Assembly: GCA_031459385.1 (NCBI GenBank)
Contig: JAVKIP010000015.1
Location: forward strand, 1 to 64,000
DNA length: 64,000 bases
Direction of reading: 5' to 3'
Source: Candidatus Fervidifonticultor secundus
GTDB taxonomy: Bacteria; Sysuimicrobiota; Sysuimicrobiia; Sysuimicrobiales; Humicultoraceae
The position numbers and the translations under genes were made by a program. The number at the start of each line of letters is the position of its first letter. Position 1 is the stretch's first letter. The notes beneath the pieces were generated by a model. It saw only the letters and a program-made list of their open reading frames with translations, was not told the origin of the DNA and made no database searches. Below are positions 35,885 to 45,119 of this stretch, one piece after another.

Positions 35885-36988
35885 GTGCGCGATCCACGCC
35901 TCGAGAAACTCGCACGGGTCCTGGTGCACTACTCCCTGCGCCTGCAACCGGGCCAGCTCGTGCGCATCAGCGGCATCGCGGCCGCCGCGCCGTTGATTCA
36001 GGAGGCGTATCGGGAGGCCCTGGCCGCGGGCGCCCACGTCTTCACCAGGGTGAGCCTGGACGGCCTGGACGAGATCTTCTACAAGCAGGCGACCGATGCG
36101 CAACTGCGTTTCGTCTCGCCCCTGGCGCGGTATGAGGTGGATGCCATCGACGCCGATCTGGGCATCTGGGGCAGCTGGAACACCCGCGCGCTCACCGGTG
36201 TGGACCCGCAGCGGCTGGCCGTGCGGCGCGAGGCCACCCGCCCGCTGACCCAGCGGTTCCTCGAGCGGGCCGCGGCGGGCGAACTTCGCTGGGTCGGGAC
36301 GCAGTTTCCGACGCCGGCCGATGCCCAGGAAGCCGAGATGTCGCTGGCCGAGTACGAGGAGTTCGTCTTCGCCGCCGGCATGCTGGACCGGCCCGACCCC
36401 GTGGCCGCGTGGGAGGCCGTGCGGCGCGAGCAGGAGCGCGTGGTCAAGGTGCTGGAGACGAAGGACACCCTGCACATCCGCGGCCCGCACGTCGACCTGA
36501 CGGTCAGGGTCGGGGGGCGAAGGTGGATCAACGCGGCGGGCGAACACAACTTCCCCGACGGCGAGATCTTCACCGGTCCCGTGGAAGACGCCACCGAGGG
36601 CTGGGTGCGCTTCTCGTTTCCCGCGATCTACGGCGGCCGCGAGGTCCAGGGCGTGCGCCTGCGCTTTGCTGGCGGCCGCGTCGTCGAGGCCGAGGCGGAG
36701 AAGGGCCAGGAGTTCCTCCGGGCGATGCTCGACCTGGACGCGGGCGCCCGCATCGTGGGCGAGGCGGCGTTCGGGCTCAACTACCAGATTGCGCGCTTCA
36801 CGCGCAGCATCCTGTTCGACGAGAAGATCGGCGGCACCATGCACCTGGCGCTGGGGGCCGGGTACCCGGAGACCGGGTCGAAGAACACCTCCGGGCTTCA
36901 CTGGGACATGATCTGCGACCTGCGGACCGACACCGAGGTCCGCGCGGACGGCGAGGTGATCTACCGGGACGGGCGGTTCCTCCTGTAG
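35885..36988 (+). CDS. Aminopeptidase, M29 (AmpS/aminopeptidase T) family
   Basis: DPRLEKLARVLVHYS, NFPDGEIFTGP, GE.AFG.N, LFDEKIGGT.HLALG, S.LHWDMI. Confidence 0.95.
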   Translation: MRDPRLEKLARVLVHYSLRLQPGQLVRISGIAAAAPLIQEAYREALAAGAHVFTRVSLDGLDEIFYKQATDAQLRFVSPLARYEVDAIDADLGIWGSWNTRALTGVDPQRLAVRREATRPLTQRFLERAAAGELRWVGTQFPTPADAQEAEMSLAEYEEFVFAAGMLDRPDPVAAWEAVRREQERVVKVLETKDTLHIRGPHVDLTVRVGGRRWINAAGEHNFPDGEIFTGPVEDATEGWVRFSFPAIYGGREVQGVRLRFAGGRVVEAEAEKGQEFLRAMLDLDAGARIVGEAAFGLNYQIARFTRSILFDEKIGGTMHLALGAGYPETGSKNTSGLHWDMICDLRTDTEVRADGEVIYRDGRFLL

Positions 36989-37066
36989 GGTCCGCGCGCG
37001 CCGGCAGGGTCGAGGCTCCGGCGGGACGGGCGGTCCACCTGGCCGCGGGGGCGCTGCGGTGGCCGG

Positions 37067-37339
37067 CTAGGCGCGTTCGAAGTCTTCGATCAACTCGTCG
37101 AACATCTCGTGCGTTTCTTCGCTCACTTCGTCCGCCATCTCCGCGTACCGAGGGTGCTCCATCGCCTTCGTCTGGATGTTCTGCACCATGCTGGCTTCGA
37201 TCTCGCGCAGGAAGGCGATGACGTCGGCGCGCGGGAACTCGCCGAACTCTCCCGCTTTGAGACGACGGACGAACTCGTCGAGACCCTTCATCTCGACCTG
37301 ACAGAGCTGCTCGTAGATTTCCCACAGCCGCTCAGTCAT
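37067..37339 (-). CDS. Hypothetical acidic helical protein (90 aa)
   Basis: MTERLWEIYEQLCQVEMKGL...; amino-acid composition is not that of a GC-shadow ORF. Confidence 0.75.
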   Translation of the reverse strand: MTERLWEIYEQLCQVEMKGLDEFVRRLKAGEFGEFPRADVIAFLREIEASMVQNIQTKAMEHPRYAEMADEVSEETHEMFDELIEDFERA

Positions 37340-37526
37340 CGCAGGCACCCCGCCGCTGTGATCAGAGCGGTTGTTCGTGCGCCTTCGGAGGATTCCTCCT
37401 GCACTCCTGCGGCGGCGCGGATGCGGAGGTGCGTGGTGGCGTTGGCGGCGGTGCGGGGCGCGCGGTCTGTGCCCGAGAGCGTCCTTTGCGCGCGCGGGGT
37501 GCTCTGCTAGAATGAGAGGCGGTCGG

Positions 37527-37601
<75 letters not shown>

Positions 37602-37684
37602 GCGCCGCGGCGGATCGAAGCGGTGGCAGCCCGTCGGTGGTCAGCCCCGAAACCGAAGCGCTCGCCCATGCGGCCCCATCATCG

Positions 37685-38347
37685 ATGATGGATCAGTCCT
37701 TCTGGGAACGTGCCGAGGTCGTCGAGCGGTTTGCCGCACGTCCGCCTGACGACCGCATGGTCGCGCTGCTGGCGACCGCGCCGCGGCACCTGCGGGTGCT
37801 GGACCTGGGGTGTGCCGCCGGCCGCAACGCCGAGTGGCTGGCGCGCGAGGGCTTCGACGTGTGGGCCTGCGACAGCTCGGCCGCGATGGTCGCGCGCACG
37901 CGGGAGCGGGTCGCGCTCTACCTCGGCGAGGCGGAGGCGCAGCGGCGCGTGCAGCAGTGCCGGATGGAGGACCTGCGACCGTTCGAGGCAGAGACGTTCG
38001 ACCTGGTGGTGGCCCTGGGCGTCTACCACGAGGCCGAAGAGATGACGGCCTGGCACCGCGCGCTGGCCGAGACCGCGCGGGTCCTGCGGCGGGGCGGCCG
38101 CCTGCTGGTGCAGCAGTTCAGCCCGCGGTCGGACCCTGCGGCGCAGGGTGTCCGGCGGCTCGCCGACCACGTCTTCGCGGTGGCCGGACCCCAGCCGCGC
38201 CGGATGGTCCTGCTGGAGCCAGACGAGCTGGACGCGCTGGTGGCGGGCCATGGCTTCACGCCCCTGGAACCGAGCCGAAGCACCACGCGCCCCACCGACC
38301 TGGGCGGGCACTGGGTGAACGTCCACGGGTTCTACGCGCGGGCATGA
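37685..38347 (+). CDS. Class I SAM-dependent methyltransferase
   Basis: VLDLGCAAGRN, FDLVV, RVLRRGGRL. Confidence 0.88.
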   Translation: MMDQSFWERAEVVERFAARPPDDRMVALLATAPRHLRVLDLGCAAGRNAEWLAREGFDVWACDSSAAMVARTRERVALYLGEAEAQRRVQQCRMEDLRPFEAETFDLVVALGVYHEAEEMTAWHRALAETARVLRRGGRLLVQQFSPRSDPAAQGVRRLADHVFAVAGPQPRRMVLLEPDELDALVAGHGFTPLEPSRSTTRPTDLGGHWVNVHGFYARA

Positions 38348-38450
38348 TGGTCGCCCGGGCGTAGCCCCGGCGGAAGTGCGGGCGGTCCGTGATCCTTCCC
38401 ACGGCCTGCGCGGTACCGCCAGGAGTATAATGAGCCCTGGAGGTGCGGTG

Positions 38451-38633
38451 ATGGGTAACGTGGGCCCCATGGAGCTGATGGTCATCGTGCTGGTGCTCCT
38501 GCTGCTCTTCGGACCGAGCCGTCTGGCCGGGCTGGGGGCGGCCGCCGGCAGAACGATTCGCGAGTTTCGCAGGGCCATGAACGACGTGGAAGAGGAGCTC
38601 AGGAACCCCAGGCCGCCCCATCCCGATGCGTAG
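38451..38633 (+). CDS. tatA: Twin-arginine translocase TatA/TatE subunit
   Basis: GPMELMVIVLVLLLLFGPSRL..LG...GRTIREFRRA; GGAGG RBS and TATAAT at 38426. Confidence 0.92.
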   Translation: MGNVGPMELMVIVLVLLLLFGPSRLAGLGAAAGRTIREFRRAMNDVEEELRNPRPPHPDA

Positions 38634-38752
38634 GGCCTCGCCCAGGGCCTCCTGAGGCTCGTGAGGCGATCACGACCCCGAACACCTGCCGAGACCTCGG
38701 TGGCGTTGTGCGCGCTGCGGTGGCGCGCGGGGCGGGGCAGGCGCCCGGCGCC

Positions 38753-39511
38753 TCAGGCTCGGGAGCCGAGGTAGGCCCGCTGCACCTCGGGGTGGTGCAG
38801 AATCTCCTCTCCGCTGCCCTCGAACCGGATGCGGCCCTGTTCCAGGACGTAGGCACGGTCGGCGTGGCGCAGGGCCGTGCGCGCGTTCTGCTCGACGATG
38901 AGGAGCGCGATGCCCCTGGTGCGCAGATCGTGCACGATGCCGTAGACCTCGTCGATAACCTTCGGGGCGAGCCCGATGGTGGGCTCGTCGAGCAGCACCA
39001 GCCGCGGCGCCAGCAGCAGCACCCGCGCCAGCTCCAGCATGCGGCGCTCGCCGCCCGACAGCACACGCGCGCGCTGTCGCCGCCGTGCGCGCAGGATCGG
39101 GAAGAGGTCGTACAGACGCGCCACGTCGTCACGCACGCGGCGGTCGGTGCGGATGTACGCGCCCAGCTCGAGGTTCTCTTCGACCGTGAGGTTGGGCAGG
39201 ATGCTGTAACCCTGCATCACGTAGCAGACCCCGCGTCGGAGGATCTCGGGCGGGGTGCGGCCGGCGATGGACTCGTCCTGGAAGCGCACATCGCCGGCCG
39301 AGGGGGTCAGGTAGCCGAAAACGGTCTTCAGCAGCGTGGACTTCCCCGCGCCGTTGGGTCCGATCATCGCCACGATCTCGGCCGGGCGCACCGTCAGGCT
39401 GACCCCACGGAGCACCTCCCGCCGGTCGTAGCCCGCATGCACATCGCGCACGTCGAGCAGCGGCCCGGCCGATGCCGGCGAGGAGGCGGGCGCGGATTGC
39501 GCAGCGGTCAT
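38753..39511 (-). CDS. Branched-chain amino acid ABC transporter ATPase (LivF-like)
   Basis: GPNGAGKST, LSGGERRM, LLDEPT, VEQNA, AYLG. Confidence 0.93.
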   Translation of the reverse strand: MTAAQSAPASSPASAGPLLDVRDVHAGYDRREVLRGVSLTVRPAEIVAMIGPNGAGKSTLLKTVFGYLTPSAGDVRFQDESIAGRTPPEILRRGVCYVMQGYSILPNLTVEENLELGAYIRTDRRVRDDVARLYDLFPILRARRRQRARVLSGGERRMLELARVLLLAPRLVLLDEPTIGLAPKVIDEVYGIVHDLRTRGIALLIVEQNARTALRHADRAYVLEQGRIRFEGSGEEILHHPEVQRAYLGSRA

Positions 39512-41403
39512 CGGCCGTAGTAGAGCTCCCGCACCGTCTCGTCACGCTGGATTGCCTCGGGCGGCCCGATCGCCACGATCTCGCCTCCGGCCATGAAGAC
39601 CACGCGGTGGGCCAGGTGCATGATCAGGTCCATGTTGTGCTCGATGACCAGCAGGGTGAGGCCCGCGTCGTTGAGGCGACGGAGGTGCTGGGCGATGGCG
39701 TCCACCAGCACGGGGTTCACGCCGGCCGCCGGCTCGTCGAGCAGGACCAGGCGCGGTTTCCGCAGCACGGCCATGGCGATGGACAGCAGCTTCTGCTGGC
39801 CGAAGGACAGCGCGCCGGCCGGGAGATCGCGAAGGGGCCACAGCCCGAACTGCTGCAGCAGCTCGCAGCCGCGCCGTCGGACCTCCGGCGGGTCGGTGCG
39901 GACGGAAGCGGTCCACAGGCCCTCGCCCCGGTGCTCCTGCGCGCACATCAGGTTCTCCCACGCGGAGAGCTCGGGGAAGATGCGCATGGCCTGGAACGTG
40001 CGGGCCAGCCCTGCCCACGCCGCCTGATAGGGCTCGCGGCCGCTCAGGAGCATGCCGTCCAGGTGCACCGCACCGGCGTCGGGCCGGGTGAACCCCGTGA
40101 TGCAGTCGAACAGGGTGGACTTGCCGGCGCCGTTGGGGCCGATGAGGCCGCAGATCTCGCCACGATAGACGTCGAACGAGACGTCCCGGACAGCCTGGAC
40201 CCCGCCGAAGCGCTTCGAGAGGTGCGCGACGCGCAGCAAGACCGGCGCTGGGAGCGCGGAGCGTGCGGCGGGGTGTGGGGCCACCGCCCGTACAGGCGAT
40301 GACGTGGCGTCCGGAGGTGTCACGGGGGACGGGACGGGCGCGGCGTTCTGGGGCGTCGCTGGAGGCGGGTCGGGGTCAGGGATCGCGGCCGGCTGCGTGC
40401 GGGCTCCAGCGCGGACCAGCCATCCCACCAGCCCGCCGGGCTCGCGGATCGACACCAGCATGACCAGCGCGCCGAACAGGATGAAGTCGGCCCCGCGTCC
40501 GCCGCCGCCCAGCCACGACCGGGTGTACTCGTTGAGCAGCACGATGAAGAACGCGCCGAGCACCGGACCCGTGACGGTGGCGCGGCCGCCGATCAGCGCC
40601 ATGACCACGGCCAGGAGCGACAGGCGGCCGGGCATGACGTTGTACGGATCGATGTAGAGCACGTAGAGGGCGTAGATCGTCCCCGCCAGCGAGGTAAGCG
40701 CCGCCGACAGCGCCATGGCGTAGAGTTTGTAGCGGCGCGCGGCCAGGCCGAGCATGGCGGCCGCGTCTTCGTCCTGGTTGATGGCGCGCAGGTAGACGCC
40801 GGCGCGGCGGCGGTCGAGCAACGCCACCAGCAGCGTCGCGCTGCCGAACAGGGCCAGGCTCACCAGGTAGTAGGGCACCTTGCTGTCCCACATGAGGTAG
40901 CCCGGCCGGTTCCGGTACTCCAGCGGCAGGTAGAAACCCACGGCGGCTCCCACGAACGACCAGTTGAGGAAGAGGATGCGGACGATCTCGCCGAGCGCCA
41001 GCGTCGCCAGCGCGAAGAAGTGCCGGCGGAGCCGGAACGTGGGATAGCCGATGGCCAGCGACACGAGCACGGCGATGCCTGCGCCGGCCCCCATGCCCAG
41101 CCAGGGCGACAGTCCCACTTCCTTCAGCAGCACCGCCGCGGCGTAGGCGCCCAGGCCGAAGAAGACCGCATGCCCGAACGAGATCTGCCCGGCGTAGCCT
41201 CCGATAATGTTCCAGGCCTGGGCGACGGTGCCGAACAGGAAGACGGTGATGAGCGCGTTGAGGAAGAAGGCGTCGCGCACGCCCAGCGGCACCAGCGCCA
41301 GCGCGGCGGCAGCGGCCGCGACGGCCCAGGCGGGGGGGCTGGTCAGGGCGCGCGCGGCCGTGCCTGCGGGGCCAGGGGCCGCAGCGGCAGGTCCGGCCGT
41401 CAT
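39508..41403 (-). CDS. Fused LivM-type permease and LivG-type ATPase
   Basis: ATG 41403; WNIIGGYAGQISFGH permease, Pro-rich linker, then FGGVQAV, GPNGAGKS, LDEPAAG, IEHNM in one frame. Confidence 0.88.
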   Translation of the reverse strand: MTAGPAAAAPGPAGTAARALTSPPAWAVAAAAAALALVPLGVRDAFFLNALITVFLFGTVAQAWNIIGGYAGQISFGHAVFFGLGAYAAAVLLKEVGLSPWLGMGAGAGIAVLVSLAIGYPTFRLRRHFFALATLALGEIVRILFLNWSFVGAAVGFYLPLEYRNRPGYLMWDSKVPYYLVSLALFGSATLLVALLDRRRAGVYLRAINQDEDAAAMLGLAARRYKLYAMALSAALTSLAGTIYALYVLYIDPYNVMPGRLSLLAVVMALIGGRATVTGPVLGAFFIVLLNEYTRSWLGGGGRGADFILFGALVMLVSIREPGGLVGWLVRAGARTQPAAIPDPDPPPATPQNAAPVPSPVTPPDATSSPVRAVAPHPAARSALPAPVLLRVAHLSKRFGGVQAVRDVSFDVYRGEICGLIGPNGAGKSTLFDCITGFTRPDAGAVHLDGMLLSGREPYQAAWAGLARTFQAMRIFPELSAWENLMCAQEHRGEGLWTASVRTDPPEVRRRGCELLQQFGLWPLRDLPAGALSFGQQKLLSIAMAVLRKPRLVLLDEPAAGVNPVLVDAIAQHLRRLNDAGLTLLVIEHNMDLIMHLAHRVVFMAGGEIVAIGPPEAIQRDETVRELYYGR

Positions 41404-42263
41404 GCGGGCTCGCCGATGAGCCCGTGGGGCCGCACCAGCAGGATGAGGACGAAGGCCACGAAGACGAAGAGCAGCTTGAACGACGGCGCCAGCAGCGTTC
41501 CCAGGACGTTCTCCACCAGCCCGATGGTCACGCCGCCGACCAGCGCGCCGTCGACGCGGCCGAACCCACCGAGCACGACGCTGGCGAACGCCACCAGCAG
41601 GAACGCGTCGCCGATGGTGGGCGAAACCTGAGAGAAGGGGAAGAGCAGCACGCCGGCCAGGGCCACGCTGGCGATGGCGATGCCCCAGGCCAGCGCGTAC
41701 ATGCGCTCGACGGGGATGCCCAGCGCCAGGGCCACGTCGCGGTTCTGGGCTGCGGCCTGCAGCGCCCGGCCGGTCTTGGTCCGGCGCAGGAACAGCGCCA
41801 GCGCGGCGAAGGCAGCCAGCGCGCCGGCGGCGGCCACCAGCTTGGGTACCGCGATGGGCACGCCCAGCACCGGCACGCTGGGTGGTGCGGCGGCCTCCAG
41901 GAAGCCGCGGACGTCTGGCCCGAAGGCGGCGAATGCGCTGTAGCGCAGGAAGAACAGCAGGCCGAAGGTGGCGAAGATCTGTGTGGCCAGCGGCGCTCGC
42001 AGGATGTGCTGGATGAGCAGCCGGTACGTGAGCCAGCCCGCCAGGAAGAAGGCGGGCACCACGACGGGCACGGCCAGCGCCGGTTCGATGCGCCCCAGTG
42101 CCCACAGCCAGTACGTGGCGTAGAGCGACAGCATGAGGTACTCGGCGTGGGCGAGGTTGACGACGTCCATCACGCCCCAGATGAACGACAGCCCCAGGGC
42201 CACCAGGGCATAGACGAGCCCCAGGATCAGGCCGTTGACCGCCGCGTGCAGGAGCAGCGTCAT
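41400..42263 (-). CDS. Branched-chain amino acid ABC permease (LivH-like)
   Basis: NGLILGLVYALVALGLSFIWGVMDVVNLAH, VVLGGFG, RPHGLIG. Confidence 0.93.
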   Translation of the reverse strand: MTLLLHAAVNGLILGLVYALVALGLSFIWGVMDVVNLAHAEYLMLSLYATYWLWALGRIEPALAVPVVVPAFFLAGWLTYRLLIQHILRAPLATQIFATFGLLFFLRYSAFAAFGPDVRGFLEAAAPPSVPVLGVPIAVPKLVAAAGALAAFAALALFLRRTKTGRALQAAAQNRDVALALGIPVERMYALAWGIAIASVALAGVLLFPFSQVSPTIGDAFLLVAFASVVLGGFGRVDGALVGGVTIGLVENVLGTLLAPSFKLLFVFVAFVLILLVRPHGLIGEPA

Positions 42264-42333
42264 CGCGGATGCGGTCAGCCGTCCCCGCGGCGGCGCCGGT
42301 GCGCGCGGCCCGGATGGGCGCCCCGGCGGGCCG

Positions 42334-43614
42334 CTAGCGTCGGTCCCACGCCGGCATGGGCCAGACGATGGGCGCTTCCGCGATCTCGAACGGCCAGACG
42401 ACCTTGTACTGGCCGTCGAGAATCTGGGTCATGATGCCGGCCGCGTGCCGGTTCTGCCCGTACTGGTCGAACTCGATGCCCTGCCACGGCATGATGAGCT
42501 GTGCGCCCGGGATCTTCGTCTCGCGCAGCGCGGCCTGGATCGCCGCTGGCGCGGTGCTCCCGGCGCGGTTCAGCGCGTCGGCCAGGGTCAGCATGCCGGT
42601 GAAGGCCCGGGCCACCACCTCGTCCATGTCGGCGGTGTACTTGCGCCGGTAGAGGTCGTTGACGCGGGCCACCAGCGGCTTGCGGGCAGCGATGCCCAGC
42701 GCCCACGGCGCGCGGGCCATGAAGTACCAGCCGTCGCGGCCGGTGGCCTGCAGGAAGTCGGGCACCGTGGTGAAGCCGGCGTGCGCCATGAACGCCTGGG
42801 GCGCCCAGCGCATCTCCTTGAGCGTGCGGACGATCAGCACGGCATCCACCAGGTAGTTGGCGCCGATGATGACATCGGGGTTGGCCTGGCGCAGGCGCAG
42901 GAACTCGGCGGTCAGGCTGGCCGGCGGCGACGTGTAGAGCTCCTTGGCAACCACATCGTACCTGTAGACCTTGGCGAACCCGTCGGCCACACCCGCCGCC
43001 GTGGCCCCAAACTCAGTGTCCTCGGCCAGGATCGCCACGCGCGAGATCCGGTGGCCGCGCTTCTTCATGTCCTCCATCAGGTCGAAGAACAGCTTGGTGA
43101 ACGTCGTGTCGTGGGGGCCGGTGCGGAAGAACCACTTGAACCCGCGCTCGGTCAGCCGCGGCGACGACGACTCCGGGTTGAGGAAGGGCACCCCGCGGGT
43201 CTCGGCAGCCAGGCTGGCGGTGGCCGTGACGGCGCTCTGGTAAGAGCCGATCAGCGCCACCACGCGCTCACGCTCGATGAGCCGCTCGGCCTCGGCGCGG
43301 CCGGTGGCCGGGTCCCCGCGGCTGTCGCCCCAGACCAGCCGGATCTTGCGGCCGCCCAGCCTGGGCAGGCCTGCCGTCTGGGCCAGCGGGAGCGCGAGGT
43401 CGGGATAGGCAGTGTTGACGATGTCGACGGCCAGCTCGATGCCGTTGCGGATCCCGGCGCCGATGCGGGCCAGCGCCCCGGAGAGCGGGTAGACAGCGCC
43501 GACCGGTACCGTGGCATCCTGTGCGGCCAGCGCGGCGGCCAGTCGGTCGCCGGCAGCCAGCGTGCCGAGCCCAGCGCCTGCGTACGTCAGGAACTTCCGT
43601 CTGGTGATCCTCAT
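42334..43614 (-). CDS. ABC substrate-binding protein (LivK/Peripla_BP_6-like) with Tat signal
   Basis: TRRKFL twin-arginine motif, YPLSG, GSYQS, FFRTGP, VVWP. Confidence 0.92.
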   Translation of the reverse strand: MRITRRKFLTYAGAGLGTLAAGDRLAAALAAQDATVPVGAVYPLSGALARIGAGIRNGIELAVDIVNTAYPDLALPLAQTAGLPRLGGRKIRLVWGDSRGDPATGRAEAERLIERERVVALIGSYQSAVTATASLAAETRGVPFLNPESSSPRLTERGFKWFFRTGPHDTTFTKLFFDLMEDMKKRGHRISRVAILAEDTEFGATAAGVADGFAKVYRYDVVAKELYTSPPASLTAEFLRLRQANPDVIIGANYLVDAVLIVRTLKEMRWAPQAFMAHAGFTTVPDFLQATGRDGWYFMARAPWALGIAARKPLVARVNDLYRRKYTADMDEVVARAFTGMLTLADALNRAGSTAPAAIQAALRETKIPGAQLIMPWQGIEFDQYGQNRHAAGIMTQILDGQYKVVWPFEIAEAPIVWPMPAWDRR

Positions 43615-43634
43615 GCTCAGCCCTCCTGCGTGTC

Positions 43635-44441
43635 TCAGGTGCCCGGGACGAGCGCCATCCCCGGCGCCACGCCTGCGATACGGTCCGCGGTCAGGTCGGT
43701 GAGAAACATGTGGCCCGGCGCGTGCGTGATGGCCAGCGGCAGGCGCGCGTGCCGGAGCGCCACCTGCGGGGTGACGCCGCAGGCCCAGAAGACCGGCACT
43801 TCGCCGGGCTCCACTGGGATGGGGTCGCCGAAGTCGGGCCGCGTCAGGTCAGCGATCCCGATGGCGGTCGGATCGCCGGCGTGGACCGGCGCGCCGTGCG
43901 CCAGCGGGTAGCGCGCCGTGATCGCCTCGACCCGCGGTACGTCGGCGGCCGCGAACGGCCGCATGCTGACCACCATGGGGCCGGCGAAGGGTCCGGCCGG
44001 CGCGCAGGGCCGGGTAGTGATGTACATGGCGACGTTGCGCCCCAGGTCCAGGTGGCGGAGGCGGAGGCCGGCGTGCTGCAGCGCCTCCTCGAAGGTGAAC
44101 GAGCAGCCCAGCAGGAAGGCCACGAGGTCGTCGCGCCAGAGCCCGCGCAGGTCGTCGCACTCCTCGACCGGACGGCCCTCCCGGAAGATACGGTAGCGCG
44201 GCAGGTCGGTGCGCAGGTCAGCCCCTGGCGCGATGCGGCGTGGTTCGGGGTCGCCCGGCGCGGTGACCTCGAGCAGCGGGCACGGTTGGGGGTTGCGCTC
44301 GCAGAAGCGCCGGAACTCCTCCGCCGCCGCAGCCGGGACGATGACCAGGTTGGCCTGGACGTAGCCGAGTGCCAGGCCGGCCGTAGGCCGGCGCCAGCGC
44401 CCGGCCCGGATCTCCTGTCGCCACTCGGCCGCGGTGCGCAT
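43635..44441 (-). CDS. DUF1445 putative hydro-lyase (D-glutamate cyclase family)
   Basis: TAGLA.GYVQANL, FC.RNP.PCPLL, DLRTDLPRY, GCSFTFE, VFWACGVTPQ, THAPGHM. Confidence 0.92.
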   Translation of the reverse strand: MRTAAEWRQEIRAGRWRRPTAGLALGYVQANLVIVPAAAAEEFRRFCERNPQPCPLLEVTAPGDPEPRRIAPGADLRTDLPRYRIFREGRPVEECDDLRGLWRDDLVAFLLGCSFTFEEALQHAGLRLRHLDLGRNVAMYITTRPCAPAGPFAGPMVVSMRPFAAADVPRVEAITARYPLAHGAPVHAGDPTAIGIADLTRPDFGDPIPVEPGEVPVFWACGVTPQVALRHARLPLAITHAPGHMFLTDLTADRIAGVAPGMALVPGT

Positions 44442-44488
44442 GGGCGGGCATCCCGCGGGGAGCGTCCCCGCGCGCGTCTTCCCCCCTT

Positions 44489-45040
44489 CTACATTCCGTG
44501 GCTGCCGTGGGGTTCCTCCGGCCCGGGGAGTCCGGCGGCGCCGGGGGGTGGCGCCGGGAACAGGTCGCGCCGGGGCGCGGCGTGCCGCTTCCACACCATC
44601 ACTGTGCGCGTGTACTCGATGACGACGACGCCGTTCTGGTTGACGCCGCGGGTGCGGACCTTGACGATGCCCCACTGGGGCCGGGACCGCGACGCGCGCT
44701 TCTCGAGCACCTCGGTCTCGGCATAGAGCGTGTCGCCGGCGTAGACCGGGTGGGGCAGTCGGATCTCCTCCCAGCCCAGGGCGAAGCCGTTCTGGCTGAC
44801 ATCATCGGCGCTGAGCCCGACCACCAGGCCCAAGGTGAAGATGCTGTTGACGAGAGGCCGGCCGAACTGGGTGCGCCGGGCGTACTCGGTGTTGAAGTGG
44901 ATCTGGTTGGGGTTGGCGGTGAGCAGCGAGAACCAGATGTTGTCGGTCTCGGTGATCGTCCGGCCGAGGCGGCTGCGGTAGACGTCGCCCACCTCGAAGT
45001 CCTCGTAGAATCTGCCCTCCCATCCGGGCTTGAGCGCCAT
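44489..45040 (-). CDS. MaoC-family (R)-hydratase, RipB/Ich-like
   Basis: GRFYEDFEVGD, GRTITETDNIWF.LLT.N...HF, FG.PLVNS, GDTLYAE.EVL.KR.S.SRP..GIV. Confidence 0.88.
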   Translation of the reverse strand: MALKPGWEGRFYEDFEVGDVYRSRLGRTITETDNIWFSLLTANPNQIHFNTEYARRTQFGRPLVNSIFTLGLVVGLSADDVSQNGFALGWEEIRLPHPVYAGDTLYAETEVLEKRASRSRPQWGIVKVRTRGVNQNGVVVIEYTRTVMVWKRHAAPRRDLFPAPPPGAAGLPGPEEPHGSHGM

Positions 45041-45119
45041 GGGTCCTCCTCTCCCCGACGCCGGCACGGCCCGCCGCGTGGGCCCGGCCCCCGGTAGCGG
45101 CGGGCAGTCGCGCGGGCGC

